A model generated the notes under the pieces. That model searched no databases and was not told the origin of the DNA. It was given only the letters and a program-made list of their open reading frames with translations. This document shows, piece after piece, positions 1 to 10,284 of a DNA stretch of 64,000 bases. Numbering within the stretch: position 1 is the first letter of the stretch; each line of letters starts with the position of its first letter. The stretch is from Naegleria gruberi (lineage: Eukaryota), in assembly GCA_000004985.1 (NCBI GenBank), contig GG738881.1; one strand, given 5' to 3'. Both the position numbers and the translations under genes were made by a program.

Positions 1-449
1 TTTATCAATTAATAGAAAATTAATACCCTAGCTGCCAATAAACTAAAATTAAATTCTATCAAGATCGGAATATCAACACTTTCCTTTAATTTACTTTAAT
101 CAACATGGTTAAATGTAGATTGTGTATTCAAAGCTAATCTTGAGCTCACAATTCTTCTGAATGAACATCAACTAAATGTTTAGTTATCTTCATTGCACTG
201 TATTGGAGTTAGACAAGTGTTGTTCTAAAGATTTGACATTTGTCATGGAAATTAACACTTGCTAGGTATGTGTTTAATCCTCTTCAAAGAAGTCTAATAC
301 TATACTATTGTTTTTGAAAAAGTAAAAGCAAATATTTGAAGACTCAAATCCGTAAATTGATCTTTTATTGATCAACCACAAGTATCTCTTTCTAAATGAT
401 AAAATTCAAAGGTGATATATAGATGGTCACGTAGCAAGCTTTTCTAAAT

Positions 450-554
450 AACAAACTTACTGAACCAACAATCAATAGATTCGTTGCCTTCACTGTTCAT
501 ACAGTCAAAGACTGTAGCGGGATAGTCGCCATATTCCTGGCAGGCTTCCCGTCT
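450..554 (+). repeat. Conserved ~105-nt element 'X', copy A. Near-identical to complement of 43428-43532. Weaker homology continues to ~318. Candidate structured ncRNA or retroelement terminus.
   Basis: Direct comparison of the printed sequence. 450-554 is the reverse complement of 43428-43532 with ~1 mismatch. Flanks 318-450 vs 43532-43680 are ~80% identical. It contains a 7-bp hairpin (TACAGTC ttt GACTGTA). Confidence 0.6.
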
Positions 555-2100
555 AATTTAACAATTGAAATTTAAATAATACAATAATATGTTCCTCACA
601 GTAGTAAGGGCAGTAAATTGATTATCAATCAAAAAAAATGAAATATTTAATATGGCCGTATATTAGTTCACAATATTCTCATTTAACACTCATATTGATT
701 TTGTAAAAATGTAGTTACTTGGAACGATGATTCAAAATGGAAAAGTTCCAATATTGCTTTTCAAAGATTGAGAAGATTGATATTTGAGCAAAATGTTAGA
801 ATTGAATACTTTAAGTTTTATTTACAATGATCGCCTAGGTTTACAAAATTGTGAGTTGTGGAGATTACCACATTTTGAATTGTTTGTTTCTCATTTCTAA
901 AGTATTATGTGATTGAGATTTAGAAGTTTTACTTGTTTCATTTCCGAAATTTCCTTGGATAACATTATTGGTGAAGTGTTATTGGAGGAATTATACATAT
1001 TTCTTCTTGTTGAGACCATTTTCTTATTATTATTTTGTTATTTTCTTTTGTAGATTTTCATTAAATTTCCTTCATCAAAATATTAATAGAAAAATTCAAA
1101 CTTCTTGTTAAAAATCGGAATCACAAAATTAGTGGAAATCATCTTGGAAGTAAATAGATAACTGATCGGATGATGATATTTCCACAACAAAACAAAATAA
1201 CTAAATAACAAACACTAAGAGCAAAATGCCAGCTAGAAATACTTCATCACATTCTTCCAAAGATAAAATTCCAACAAAAACAGAATGGACAAGATCTAAA
1301 CCAATTGATTTATCTAAAAGATTACCATTATTTGATATTGATACTTCAAATATTATAAGTGGAACTAGACATCGTAATAATATTGATTATCATCATGCAA
1401 ATTTAAATGGTAAACAAATTTCAGTGAAAAGATCTTCGAAAAATTCAATTGAAAAGAGAACTAAATGTAAATATCCTAAATTTGTAAATAAAAAAAGAAG
1501 AGAATTAAATACCCAGAAGAATCAGATCTTATTATTGTTCATAACTGAAGTTGCCCTACTGTGTTTGAGGCAGTAGTTCATTTAGTAAATTACTTTGATT
1601 TATGAGAAGAGTTTAATATTGTGTGAATTGTACAACAGAGATTTATTTAAAACTGAAATGATTCAATCTGCTATCATATAATTGTGGTTTTGTTCTTGAT
1701 ATTAGGAGTGCTGTGGATTTGATGAATTCTGCAAATACTAAGTGAGAGAAATAATTGTCAGCCCTCTTGAACTCTATTCTCAACTATTAATTGATTAGGA
1801 AAAGTACAAGAGGGCTCAATGAATCTATAATCATAATAGCTATAGTATTCATTGCAGTAGGTTTCTTTTTTTTTTAATTGAACAAGAGACAATTTCACTC
1901 ATTCAACCCACTTGCTATCTATTTATATTTTTGGAAAATGTAACTTTCATATTTTGAAGCTCACATCCATGCATTTACTTGTCATAAGCAATGCTCAATT
2001 TCATTGTTGTACAGGACATGTGTTTCTGTTGAACAAATATTTCAGGATTCAAATTAATGACTACCGGTACAATTATATTTCACAATTTGAGGAAGTGTAT

Positions 2101-2220
2101 GGCTACGGCCATATCACGATGAATGCACCTCATCCCGTCCGATTTGAGAAGTTAAGCATCGTCGAGCCACATCAGTACTGAGGTTGGAGACAACTTGGGA
2201 ACCTGTGGTGCTGTAGTCTT
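2101..2220 (+). rRNA. 5S ribosomal RNA gene, copy 1, ending in a T-run (pol III terminator).
   Basis: The sequence GGCTACGGCCATATCACGATGAATGCACCTCATCCCGTCCGATTTGAGAAGTTAAGCATCGTCGAGCCACATCAGTACTGAGGTTGGAGACAACTTGGGAACCTGTGGTGCTGTAGTC plus TTTTT matches the eukaryotic 5S consensus blocks (CGGCCATA, CCCGTCCGAT, GTTAAGC, GTACT, GGGAGAC, TGCTGTAG). Helix I pairs GGCTAC with GTAGTC. Confidence 0.9.
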
Positions 2221-2460
2221 TTTGATTGCAATAGGAAAATCTATCCTAATATATGGTTATTCATGGATTAAAAGCATCTTTTGTAATGCAATGTTTGAGA
2301 GTGGTGCATCTTTCTGTGATATTAAGGACGATGTACCCTCTAGACAAAATTATTCGAACCATCACATTCACTTGTTCAATTAGATAATTGCTAAATACTT
2401 TATTTTACATTTCGATATGTACCTTGTAAAGTGCAGGGAAGTTTTGATGAGGAATTTGAG

Positions 2461-2733
2461 TCATCCTCCTAAAACAATCATTTCTCCAAGTGCCTTTTGA
2501 AATTTCTCAACAGATTCCCAATGAGCATAATTAATATATTGATATTGAGATTTTTCCATATCGAGTGCCTTATGAAGTGAAGTATGAATGAAACCATCTT
2601 GTTTTTTAAAGAATTCTGCGCAAACAGTCCAACCCAATTCAAATTCCTTCTCATCTTTCACATCAATGTGAAATGGATTCATGAGAACAACGTAATTGGT
2701 TTTCATTGATTTAACAGGACAAGTATTGGACAT
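2461..2733 (-). CDS. Small protein (90 aa) resembling the antibiotic-biosynthesis-monooxygenase (ABM) / stress-responsive dimeric alpha+beta barrel fold.
   Basis: ORF track. The size (~90-100 aa) and the hydrophobic/aromatic pattern (NPFHIDVKDEKEFELGW ... YINYAHWES) are typical of ABM-domain proteins. The match is by pattern only. Confidence 0.35.
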   Translation of the reverse strand: MSNTCPVKSMKTNYVVLMNPFHIDVKDEKEFELGWTVCAEFFKKQDGFIHTSLHKALDMEKSQYQYINYAHWESVEKFQKALGEMIVLGG

Positions 2734-3258
2734 GTTTTGATGGAGGTATTAATGATTTTGTTTTTTTTTGATTTGATTTTGTGACTTTTCCTTATTGGGA
2801 GTGTTTCTTAAAAAATCCGCTAACAAAATTGCTCAACTCCTCAGTAGAGGACAATTGAATACTTGGATTTGAGGACAATTTTTCTAGTTTGAACTTAAAT
2901 GAGCTCACATTATAATGAGAAGAAACAAATGGGGTCGAAGCTGTGTCTCTTTCTAGATGGATATTGTGTTTGGAACTGATGATTAAGTAAATTTTGTAGG
3001 AATTACAGTCTGTTATTAGTGATAAAGATCTATAAATTCGAAGAGCAAAGATAATAAAGTAACGAGTGGGTGACAGGCAATTGAGTCCATCCTGACCTTG
3101 GAAAAAAATTAGGTCAAAACTGTGGGCATTATCTCGATCATTAGTATATTTAAAGAAGATATTTTTGAGATAATTGTAGCCCTACATGTCTAGTTTATGG
3201 GGTAAAAAATTGGAAGTTGTACTCTTTGTAGATAAGGCAAAAATTGACAATCTTGAGA

Positions 3259-3329
3259 TGCGTCGACCGGGAATTGAACCCGGGTCACGGCGATGGCAAC
3301 GCCGTATTCTACCACTAAACCATCGACGC
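3259..3329 (-). tRNA. tRNA-Gly (anticodon GCC).
   Basis: The reverse complement is GCGTCGATGGTTTAGTGGTAGAATACGGCGTTGCCATCGCCGTGACCCGGGTTCAATTCCCGGTCGACGCA. It folds as a cloverleaf with a 7-bp acceptor stem, anticodon stem CGGCG/CGCCG, loop TTGCCAT, T-arm CCGGG TTCAATT CCCGG and discriminator A. Confidence 0.9.
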
Positions 3330-3435
3330 TTCTTGTTCAAATGACTTGTTACCTATTTGTAAAATTAAATATGAATGCTTATGTTAAAGCAAACGATTTT
3401 AGGAATTGTACGCGTCCTTTTGAAAGTTAAAAAAA

Positions 3436-5235
3436 ATGATCAAGAAACCAGAACTCTTTTCCGACGATATTTGTTTTGAAATTCTTTCCCATTTGGCAAA
3501 TGATTGGAAATTTATTTTCACAACTTGTTCATTAATTTCTCAACAATGGCTAAATGTTATTAAACACAATTCATCATTGTTGAATCTTTCCATTTATTTT
3601 AATCAAAAACTAAATGATGAACAGAAAAATCAAATGTCAAAATGTGAATTATTAACATGTTTATCCAATGTGAAAGTTTATTCAAAGATTGCGAAATGGT
3701 TTTGTACAAATATTGGAATATTCATGAAAGGAATGATTAGATTAGAAATTAGCTATTGTCGTTTGGAAGCAGAAGATGTCAATTTTATTGGTGAAATGAA
3801 GCAATTAACTGAACTTGATATTAGTTTAAATAATATTAATTGTAAAGGAGCTATTACTATCAGTCAATTGAGTAAATTAACTAAACTCAATGTTTATCAA
3901 ACCAAAATGGGTGTTGAAGGTGCTAAAGAACTAAGTAAATTGAAAGAACTAACATCCCTCGAAATAGGAGACAATCATTTAAAATCTGAAGGAGCAGCTC
4001 ACATTGCCCAAATGAGAAAATTAACATTCCTTGATATTAATACCAATATGATTGGAAATGAAGGTATTGAGCTGATAAGTAGAATGGAACAATTAACTGA
4101 TTTAGATGTTATGGATAATAATATTCGATCAGAAGGTGTTAAATCACTCTGTAAAATGAAACATCTTACTAATCTAAATATTGGAAACAATCCAATTGAA
4201 GATGAAGGGGCTATATTATTAGGTGAAATGAAACAATTGAAAAATCTCATTACAGCTTGCAACAATATTGGGATGAAAGGATTTAGCTCACTTAGCACAT
4301 TACTCAATTTGGAATCACTTGTTATACTTGGATTAGATGGTAAATCTACTGATTTCATTCGTGAAATGAATCAATTAACTCGTCTTGAATTTTATGGTTC
4401 TAACCTTGAGCCAAAAGGTTTCGATCCAATTAGTCACCTGTCCAATTTAACATTTCTAACTATAAGGGGTCGAAATATTGCTGATGGTGACTTGGAATGT
4501 ATTGGTCAATTTAAAAAGCTGACCACACTTAATGTACCATCATGCAATATTAATCAAGGATTTAAATCAATTTGTGGGTTGAAGAATTTAACATTCCTTG
4601 ACTTGAGCTATAACAAAATTGAAAGTGTTGAATCAATTACTAATTTGAAGAGTTTGACACAACTTGACATCAATGGGAATCGAATTGGACATGAAGGAGC
4701 AAAATCTATCAGTCAATTAGACAATTTAACTAATCTCCAAATCGGTCATAATTTAATACAAGATGAGGGAATCAAGTATTTAAGTACTATGCAGTGTTTA
4801 ACTACTCTGGGTGTGGCTGAAAATCAAATAAGCATTGAGGGTGCCAAGTTCATAAGCAAATCTCATCAATTGACTTCACTTGATCTCACAAACAACGTTA
4901 TCGAAACTGAAGGAGCCAAAATTTTGAGTGAGCTCAATAATTTGACAGGGTTATTTGTTTATGGAAACAGAATTAGAGATGAAGGAGCCAAATATATCAG
5001 TACTATGCAACAATTAACAATTCTTGATATTGCCTATAATGAAATAACAGATGAAGGAGCAAAAGCAATAAGTAATCTCGATCAACTATCGACACTTTAT
5101 ATTTATTCAAATGAAATTTGTGATGAAGGAGCAAAATCCATTTGTGGAATGAAACAATTGACCATTCTTGATATTGACTATAATGTACTTAGTGAAGAAG
5201 TATCCAATCAATTAAGAATGGAATACCACAACTAA
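3436..5235 (+). CDS. F-box-like N-terminus plus ribonuclease-inhibitor-type leucine-rich repeat protein (~20 RNI-like LRRs).
   Basis: ORF track, 599 aa. The N-terminus FSDDICFEILSHLAN is F-box-like. The motif L..LT.LDI..N.IG.EGAK.IS is repeated throughout. Confidence 0.7.
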   Translation: MIKKPELFSDDICFEILSHLANDWKFIFTTCSLISQQWLNVIKHNSSLLNLSIYFNQKLNDEQKNQMSKCELLTCLSNVKVYSKIAKWFCTNIGIFMKGMIRLEISYCRLEAEDVNFIGEMKQLTELDISLNNINCKGAITISQLSKLTKLNVYQTKMGVEGAKELSKLKELTSLEIGDNHLKSEGAAHIAQMRKLTFLDINTNMIGNEGIELISRMEQLTDLDVMDNNIRSEGVKSLCKMKHLTNLNIGNNPIEDEGAILLGEMKQLKNLITACNNIGMKGFSSLSTLLNLESLVILGLDGKSTDFIREMNQLTRLEFYGSNLEPKGFDPISHLSNLTFLTIRGRNIADGDLECIGQFKKLTTLNVPSCNINQGFKSICGLKNLTFLDLSYNKIESVESITNLKSLTQLDINGNRIGHEGAKSISQLDNLTNLQIGHNLIQDEGIKYLSTMQCLTTLGVAENQISIEGAKFISKSHQLTSLDLTNNVIETEGAKILSELNNLTGLFVYGNRIRDEGAKYISTMQQLTILDIAYNEITDEGAKAISNLDQLSTLYIYSNEICDEGAKSICGMKQLTILDIDYNVLSEEVSNQLRMEYHN

Positions 5236-5437
5236 TTCATATCCTAGATGTTGCTATGGTTTGAACGTAGCTATGGCTGATGTGGAAGGAATCAAAGGGA
5301 GAACTCTCCTCCTAGCGGTATGACAATGTCCAAAGGAATGAATCAACACTTGAAGGCGTAAAATCATTTAGAGATATCATTAAGTTCGTTGCATATTTTT
5401 GATTATTCTCATATAATTATAATATAATGGTTCGACT

Positions 5438-7958
5438 TTAAATGGTCATACAGAAAGAGACAACGTCATCCAATACTTCAGTAACTCTTGAATACTGAAC
5501 TGCACTCATTTTCTTAATACAATTAGAGATTGGAATAATGTTGTATTCTTCAAAATGAATGTCATTACAAATCTCTTCACAAACCCTGGAATAGTTTGCC
5601 ATTATCTTTTTAATAACCACAGACAGTGCAAATATATCATGTTTTACCGTGAATCTGATATTCGGATCTTGAGGTGTGTAATCATCTTTGTAATTCAATA
5701 TACTTTGTTGATTGGAATTCAAGCATTTAGAGTTATTGAAATCTATTAAAACAGCATCAAAATCGTAACTGGTTTTCATTCTAAACATAATGTTATGAAC
5801 ACTGACATCACAATGAACAATGCCCTTATTATGAATGCATTTAAGAGCATGTAAACACCCTATCAATGTCTTCAGTATGATTGTTCTTATAATGGAATTT
5901 CCTTGATACTCTTGATTACTTTGCATCTTTTTTATCAGCTCATCATAGTTTAATAATTTTTCTTGAACTGTAATATTTAATTGGCTATTTACAGGTCCAT
6001 AATAGAAAATATTGCAAATATTAGGGTCTCTAATTTCTTTCATCAATTTCATTACAAACACATTGTCGATTTCTCTATTTGTAATCTTGAAATAAGATTC
6101 CTTATTCTTATATTGTATGGTTCCTAGAATTGATTTTTGTTCTAACTTTTCCATTTGCAAGTTGCTAAAGTCTAATCCTAAATCAAGATCATGAATACTT
6201 TGGGAAAGTTTAAAAAGAGAAGTATTGTTGTTATCGTTATGATCAATGTTATTGTCTACGGTACAATCGTCTTTCCTTTCATTTTCATCCTCAAAATCTT
6301 CTTGATCGTTCCCATCTTCAATTCTAGAATATATATATTCAATTGTTCTCATTGAAACTTTAAGAAACCAATACCTATAAGTAAACTTCTCACCTTCAGT
6401 ATTGAAAAATAATTGAATTTCATTCATAGGATGGGGACACAATTGTCCCCTTGGATAAATATTCAATTCGTAAGGTTTTTCCTTAGTAAAAAATAGTAAG
6501 GTTCTGCCTTTTTGGTTCAGAAAAGTTTTGTGACAAGAGCTTTTGAGTTCTTTTTGGATTTCTTCTTCAACAGGTAGTGGATATCGTAGTATTTGAGAAA
6601 AATGTTTAATGGCTTCATCGGGCGTTTTGAATTCATATAACATTCGTTGAGGGAAAAATTGATGTATCATAATTGACTGATTCGTTATATCAAAAAGTCC
6701 TGGATCTGTATTGGACTTTGAAGTTGTTGGTGTATCAGATATGTTCCTCACCTTTTTTTGGGCTTCATTATTGAAACTCTTGTTCAAACAGTTTTTTCCA
6801 ATTTGAAGAAGTATTGATACAGCTTTAGCTCTTCCGTTCGATGTGTTAATATCATACCATTCCGAACTGAATAATCTAAAACTATAACTAAAAATTGTAG
6901 TATTACTACTCTTTGGAACAAGATAAAGTCTTAAAAAGCAAATTTTGGTCCCACCTGAGAGCGATCCAAAGGTGTCCAATTCAGTATCTGAATTAAGTAA
7001 ATCATTTGAGAACAAGTTATTCATCAATTCTTTTAAAGATCCTCTCATTAGAAACACAATTTTCTTAAAGTCTGGATGGTCGTAAATAGAATCCACTTCA
7101 ACTGGTTTCCATTCTCCAAAAAAGCACCTCCAATCATGGTCTTGAATAATATTTCTGCGAGTCAGTATTTTATCAGGTAAGAAATATTTGGTTGTGAAAT
7201 ATTGTGCCAATCTTGTTTGATTTTCCAGTGATTGTTGCCTGGAATTTAAAAGAATTGATTTTCGAGTGATTGTTGTCTCAATTCCAGAATTTAAAAGAAT
7301 TGATTACATACCCAGTAGAGGTCAATTTTCCCTGTGAAATACTAATAAGAAAGGCAAACAGAATGGAAAGAGTTTCCTGATAGTTCATTTCTGATTCCTG
7401 TTCAAAATGTAAGTTCTGCAATGCATAGAGTGGTGAGAGTAATGGAGTTGGATTGTTGTTCTTGTAGGAGAAGAACAGTTTTTTGGAGAACTCAATAGGA
7501 CAATCAACATTTTCAATTTTGTCTCGATCAAACACACGCTCCATATCTTCTTCAACTTTTAACATGTCTCTATTATCATCAAACACAATGCCTGTTGGTT
7601 TAAGAGAAATCAAGCCTTTTGCAAGAAAAGATTTTGTACTTATTGACAAGCTAGGAGCAACTTCATTGTTCTCTGCCTCTATTCTATCAATAACAGTCTT
7701 TTCTTGTTTTTCAAAAAAGTGTTTCATTATCAATTCCTCTTTTGTATTATTAAACGCTAATTCCAAAGCACTCTTCCAAGAACTTTGAAGATAATCAGGT
7801 ACTTTGGTCATGAATACATCTGAATCACATAATTTAAAATCAAGGACCGATAACACCTCATAATCACCTAAATCATCGGCATTCAAAATAGTTGCCTTGT
7901 GATTCTTCTTATCATATAAACCAGGCCAATTTAACATTCCAAATGGTCCATATATCAA
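5438..7958 (-). CDS. Protein with a C-terminal atypical kinase-like (probable pseudokinase) domain. The 590-aa ORF plus the upstream 226-aa ORF are probably one multi-exon gene.
   Basis: ORF track. The catalytic-loop-like segment GIVHCDVSVHNIMF has HCD in place of HRD, and VLIDFNNS has DFN in place of DFG. The upstream ORF (7278-7958) stays open to ~8036 without an ATG, so further 5' exons may lie toward the gap at 8368. Confidence 0.45.
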
Positions 7959-8367
7959 GACCCAAACACCTTCTTCATCCTCAAACTCTTCCGAAGCGCA
8001 ATCTATTTTACGTTTCTTCTCTCCCCTTAAACATTTTCAGTTCTATTTAATAATAAGGTAGCGACAACACTTACTTAAAAAATGTGCTAAGGGAGATTTC
8101 TTTTCTCATTTTTTTTGTTTGGTAGTGAAGATGATGATATGGCGAACTTACAAAGTTTACGGTTAGTAAGGCGCCATAATGAAATAATATTCAACTTTAA
8201 AAAAGTAATTCTTTTGTGATCATTTCGATGCGGAAACCATTGGTCAATTAATTATTGATCCATTTTCCAAACCAGATTATTATTCTATTTACTCATTCGA
8301 TATTTCTCAGAATTTATTGAGTTTTGGTGTGAAATCTTCGAGAGAATTACAATTCAAATGTGATAAG

Positions 8368-8417
8368 NNNNNNNNNNNNNNNNNNNNNNNNNNNNNNNNN
8401 NNNNNNNNNNNNNNNNN
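8368..8417. other. Assembly gap (50 N).
   Basis: N run in the sequence. Confidence 1.
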
Positions 8418-9272
8418 TCTCCAGAAAAGGCCACATTTATGGATGGTTTTTTCCATTTGAATTGTCAAGAAAATGTGATGGTCAACTCGTATCAGCTCTA
8501 TCTTGTAGCCAAGAAGATTTTCATTCCAATTCCTCCTAATCCAACTCCATCAATTCCACCAGAACCTTCCATTGCTCCGCCAAAACCTGAACCAACTCTT
8601 ATTCCTCCTAAACCATCTCTGCCAACACCAATTCCAAGTTATTCGAAAGGTCCTGCTCCACCTCAACCAGTTCCATCTCCTCAACCAATAACTTCATTCG
8701 AAAGAGAAAATGGAATTCCACTTATTAAAGATTCAACAATTTCCAAGAAAATTCAAGCAGGAGAATCATCTCTCTATCGAATAACCATTCCATCCCATTC
8801 AAGATTGTCTCTTTCATGTTCCACCTTATCTGGAAAAGATATTCTTGTGTTGGTTGGTGAAAATTTCAAACCAACAAATCAACACTATTCCTTAAGAATG
8901 TTTTCAAATCACATTCAATCATTGGATAATCCTTCATCAAATTCTCAAATTTATTTCATTGTAATTGAGGGTCCTAGTGAAGGTTTCTCCCAATTTACAC
9001 TTTTACCATCTGTTGCTCAATTGAATGTACGATCGGCATCATCTTCATCTCAACATTTAATTGGTCAAAGTGTCACTGGATTTATTGTAACTATTGTACT
9101 ATTGACATTATCCTTAATTGGAGCTTTAATTGTAATTCTTTCTTGTGGAATTTATTGGAAAAAGAAAAGCAATAGCGAACTATACTCCCTAGAGACAACT
9201 GGATTAGTAAGAAGAGGAAATGCGAATTCATTACAAGTAGAAGCAAGTTATTATAGTGAGAATAATTTATAA
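8418..9272 (+). CDS. Proline-rich protein with a single C-terminal transmembrane helix. The 5' end is probably lost in the gap.
   Basis: ORF 8439-9272, but the reading frame stays open back to the gap edge at 8418. It has P-rich PxP repeats, a TM segment FIVTIVLLTLSLIGALIVILSCGIYW and a basic KKK stop-transfer. Confidence 0.45.
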   Translation, partial: SPEKATFMDGFFHLNCQENVMVNSYQLYLVAKKIFIPIPPNPTPSIPPEPSIAPPKPEPTLIPPKPSLPTPIPSYSKGPAPPQPVPSPQPITSFERENGIPLIKDSTISKKIQAGESSLYRITIPSHSRLSLSCSTLSGKDILVLVGENFKPTNQHYSLRMFSNHIQSLDNPSSNSQIYFIVIEGPSEGFSQFTLLPSVAQLNVRSASSSSQHLIGQSVTGFIVTIVLLTLSLIGALIVILSCGIYWKKKSNSELYSLETTGLVRRGNANSLQVEASYYSENNL

Positions 9273-9329
9273 TAAATAACAATTTCTATTTGAATATCAA
9301 TCTATTGTAATACTATTTCATTACAAATG

Positions 9330-10058
9330 TTAATAATTACAAGTATCTGGTCCCTTATTATTGAAATACAAATAGAAACAATACCAATTCATTTCATTAA
9401 TATTCCACTTTGGCATTGGTTGATACTTCTTATGAATCAATGAATTGTAAAGCAAAGTCTTACTCCAAGTCCATCCAAAATTAGCCAAATAATAAGCTCC
9501 ACTAATTTCACCAGTTTGATCAACTCCATTATCATCATGAATAAAGAAAACAATATTTGATTGATGATGTGATTTTAAATTATTGATTGAGGTCTTGTTG
9601 TGAACCCAATGTGTTAATTGGTCAACTCTTCCAATAAGTTGATCTTCCAAATTCCAAACACCTTGACCTTCTACAACTAAACTTGCTTGTAACCATTCTG
9701 GAAGTCCTGAAATATTTGCTGGATTTCCAACAAGTGGCCAATGAATAAATTCACCTTCTTTGGAATGCATGGCGAAGTATGCTTCTTCTTGAACAACAGA
9801 ATCAACTTTTAACACTGAAATATCGACCAAATAAAAGTCATCTACGTTTTGATTGGTTTTACTCTTGATTTCTGCTTGAATTGCTGTTTGGAGAGTTTTC
9901 ATGTCCAAGTTTAGTCCAATCACTGGTGAATCTCCTCTCAAAAGATATCTTTGAAGAGTCGGATTAGAGTCTATTAAATTTACTTGTACACATTCTGTCA
10001 ACACAACAGTAAATGTGATGAGAAGTAAAAGTATAATGCCAGTTGTCAATTTTACCAT
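9330..10058 (-). CDS. Secreted protein with a Y_phosphatase3/PFA-DSP-like fold signature whose P-loop is degenerate (HDDNGVDQTG instead of HCxxGxxRTG).
   Basis: ORF track. It has an N-terminal signal peptide (MVKLTTGIILLLLITFTVVLTEC). LLRGDSPV resembles the YRSxxP motif of that family. The P-loop-like block has Cys replaced by Asp and Arg by Gln. Confidence 0.35.
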   Translation of the reverse strand: MVKLTTGIILLLLITFTVVLTECVQVNLIDSNPTLQRYLLRGDSPVIGLNLDMKTLQTAIQAEIKSKTNQNVDDFYLVDISVLKVDSVVQEEAYFAMHSKEGEFIHWPLVGNPANISGLPEWLQASLVVEGQGVWNLEDQLIGRVDQLTHWVHNKTSINNLKSHHQSNIVFFIHDDNGVDQTGEISGAYYLANFGWTWSKTLLYNSLIHKKYQPMPKWNINEMNWYCFYLYFNNKGPDTCNY

Positions 10059-10284
10059 TTTTTTTTATGTTTGGAACAAGAATGAATATCTCCAAAAGTT
10101 CTTTAATTGTCTCATGGAGTAACACCTCAAACTACACTTCCTAAACTCCCACAATTTGACTAGTTGTTTAGGAAGTGCACAGTTTTTAGGGAAACATTTC
10201 AAAAGCGCAGGAAAAAATTCTCAAGTTGGAAGCTGGTTGATTATTTCTTGGAATTAGGAGTTGTACTGAAGCCGAATATTAAAG

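Noticed and set aside
450-554. Possibility that element X is a U1 snRNA, because of ACUUAC near the inferred 5' end.
   Set aside because: No Sm site, no U1-70K or U1A loop motifs, and only ~105 nt are conserved. It is kept as an unassigned element rather than called U1.
1226-1576. 116-aa basic ORF in an otherwise ORF-free region.
   Set aside because: No recognisable motif and the context is non-coding-like. Coding status is unsupported.
1912-2383. ORFs 1912-2181 and 2195-2383 on the plus strand.
   Set aside because: They overlap the 5S rRNA gene and are artefacts of translating an RNA gene.
3999-4358. 119-aa antisense ORF inside the F-box/LRR gene. Similar antisense or overlapping ORFs occur at 5555-5749, 7483-7788, 9091-9282, 10913-11095, 12135-12832, 13279-13626, 13701-14441, 14862-15050, 17654-17851, 18753-19586, 20670-20873, 21782-22381, 24746-25468 (alternate frames), 26137-26328, 30560-33835, 36807-37044, 39269-39523, 41674-41961, 45487-45705, 46125-46457, 50634-50819, 51351-51542, 52504-52695, 55098-55307, 56849-57207 and 59738-59974.
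   Set aside because: Each overlaps a better-supported gene on the opposite strand or in another frame, with low-complexity translations and no homology signal.
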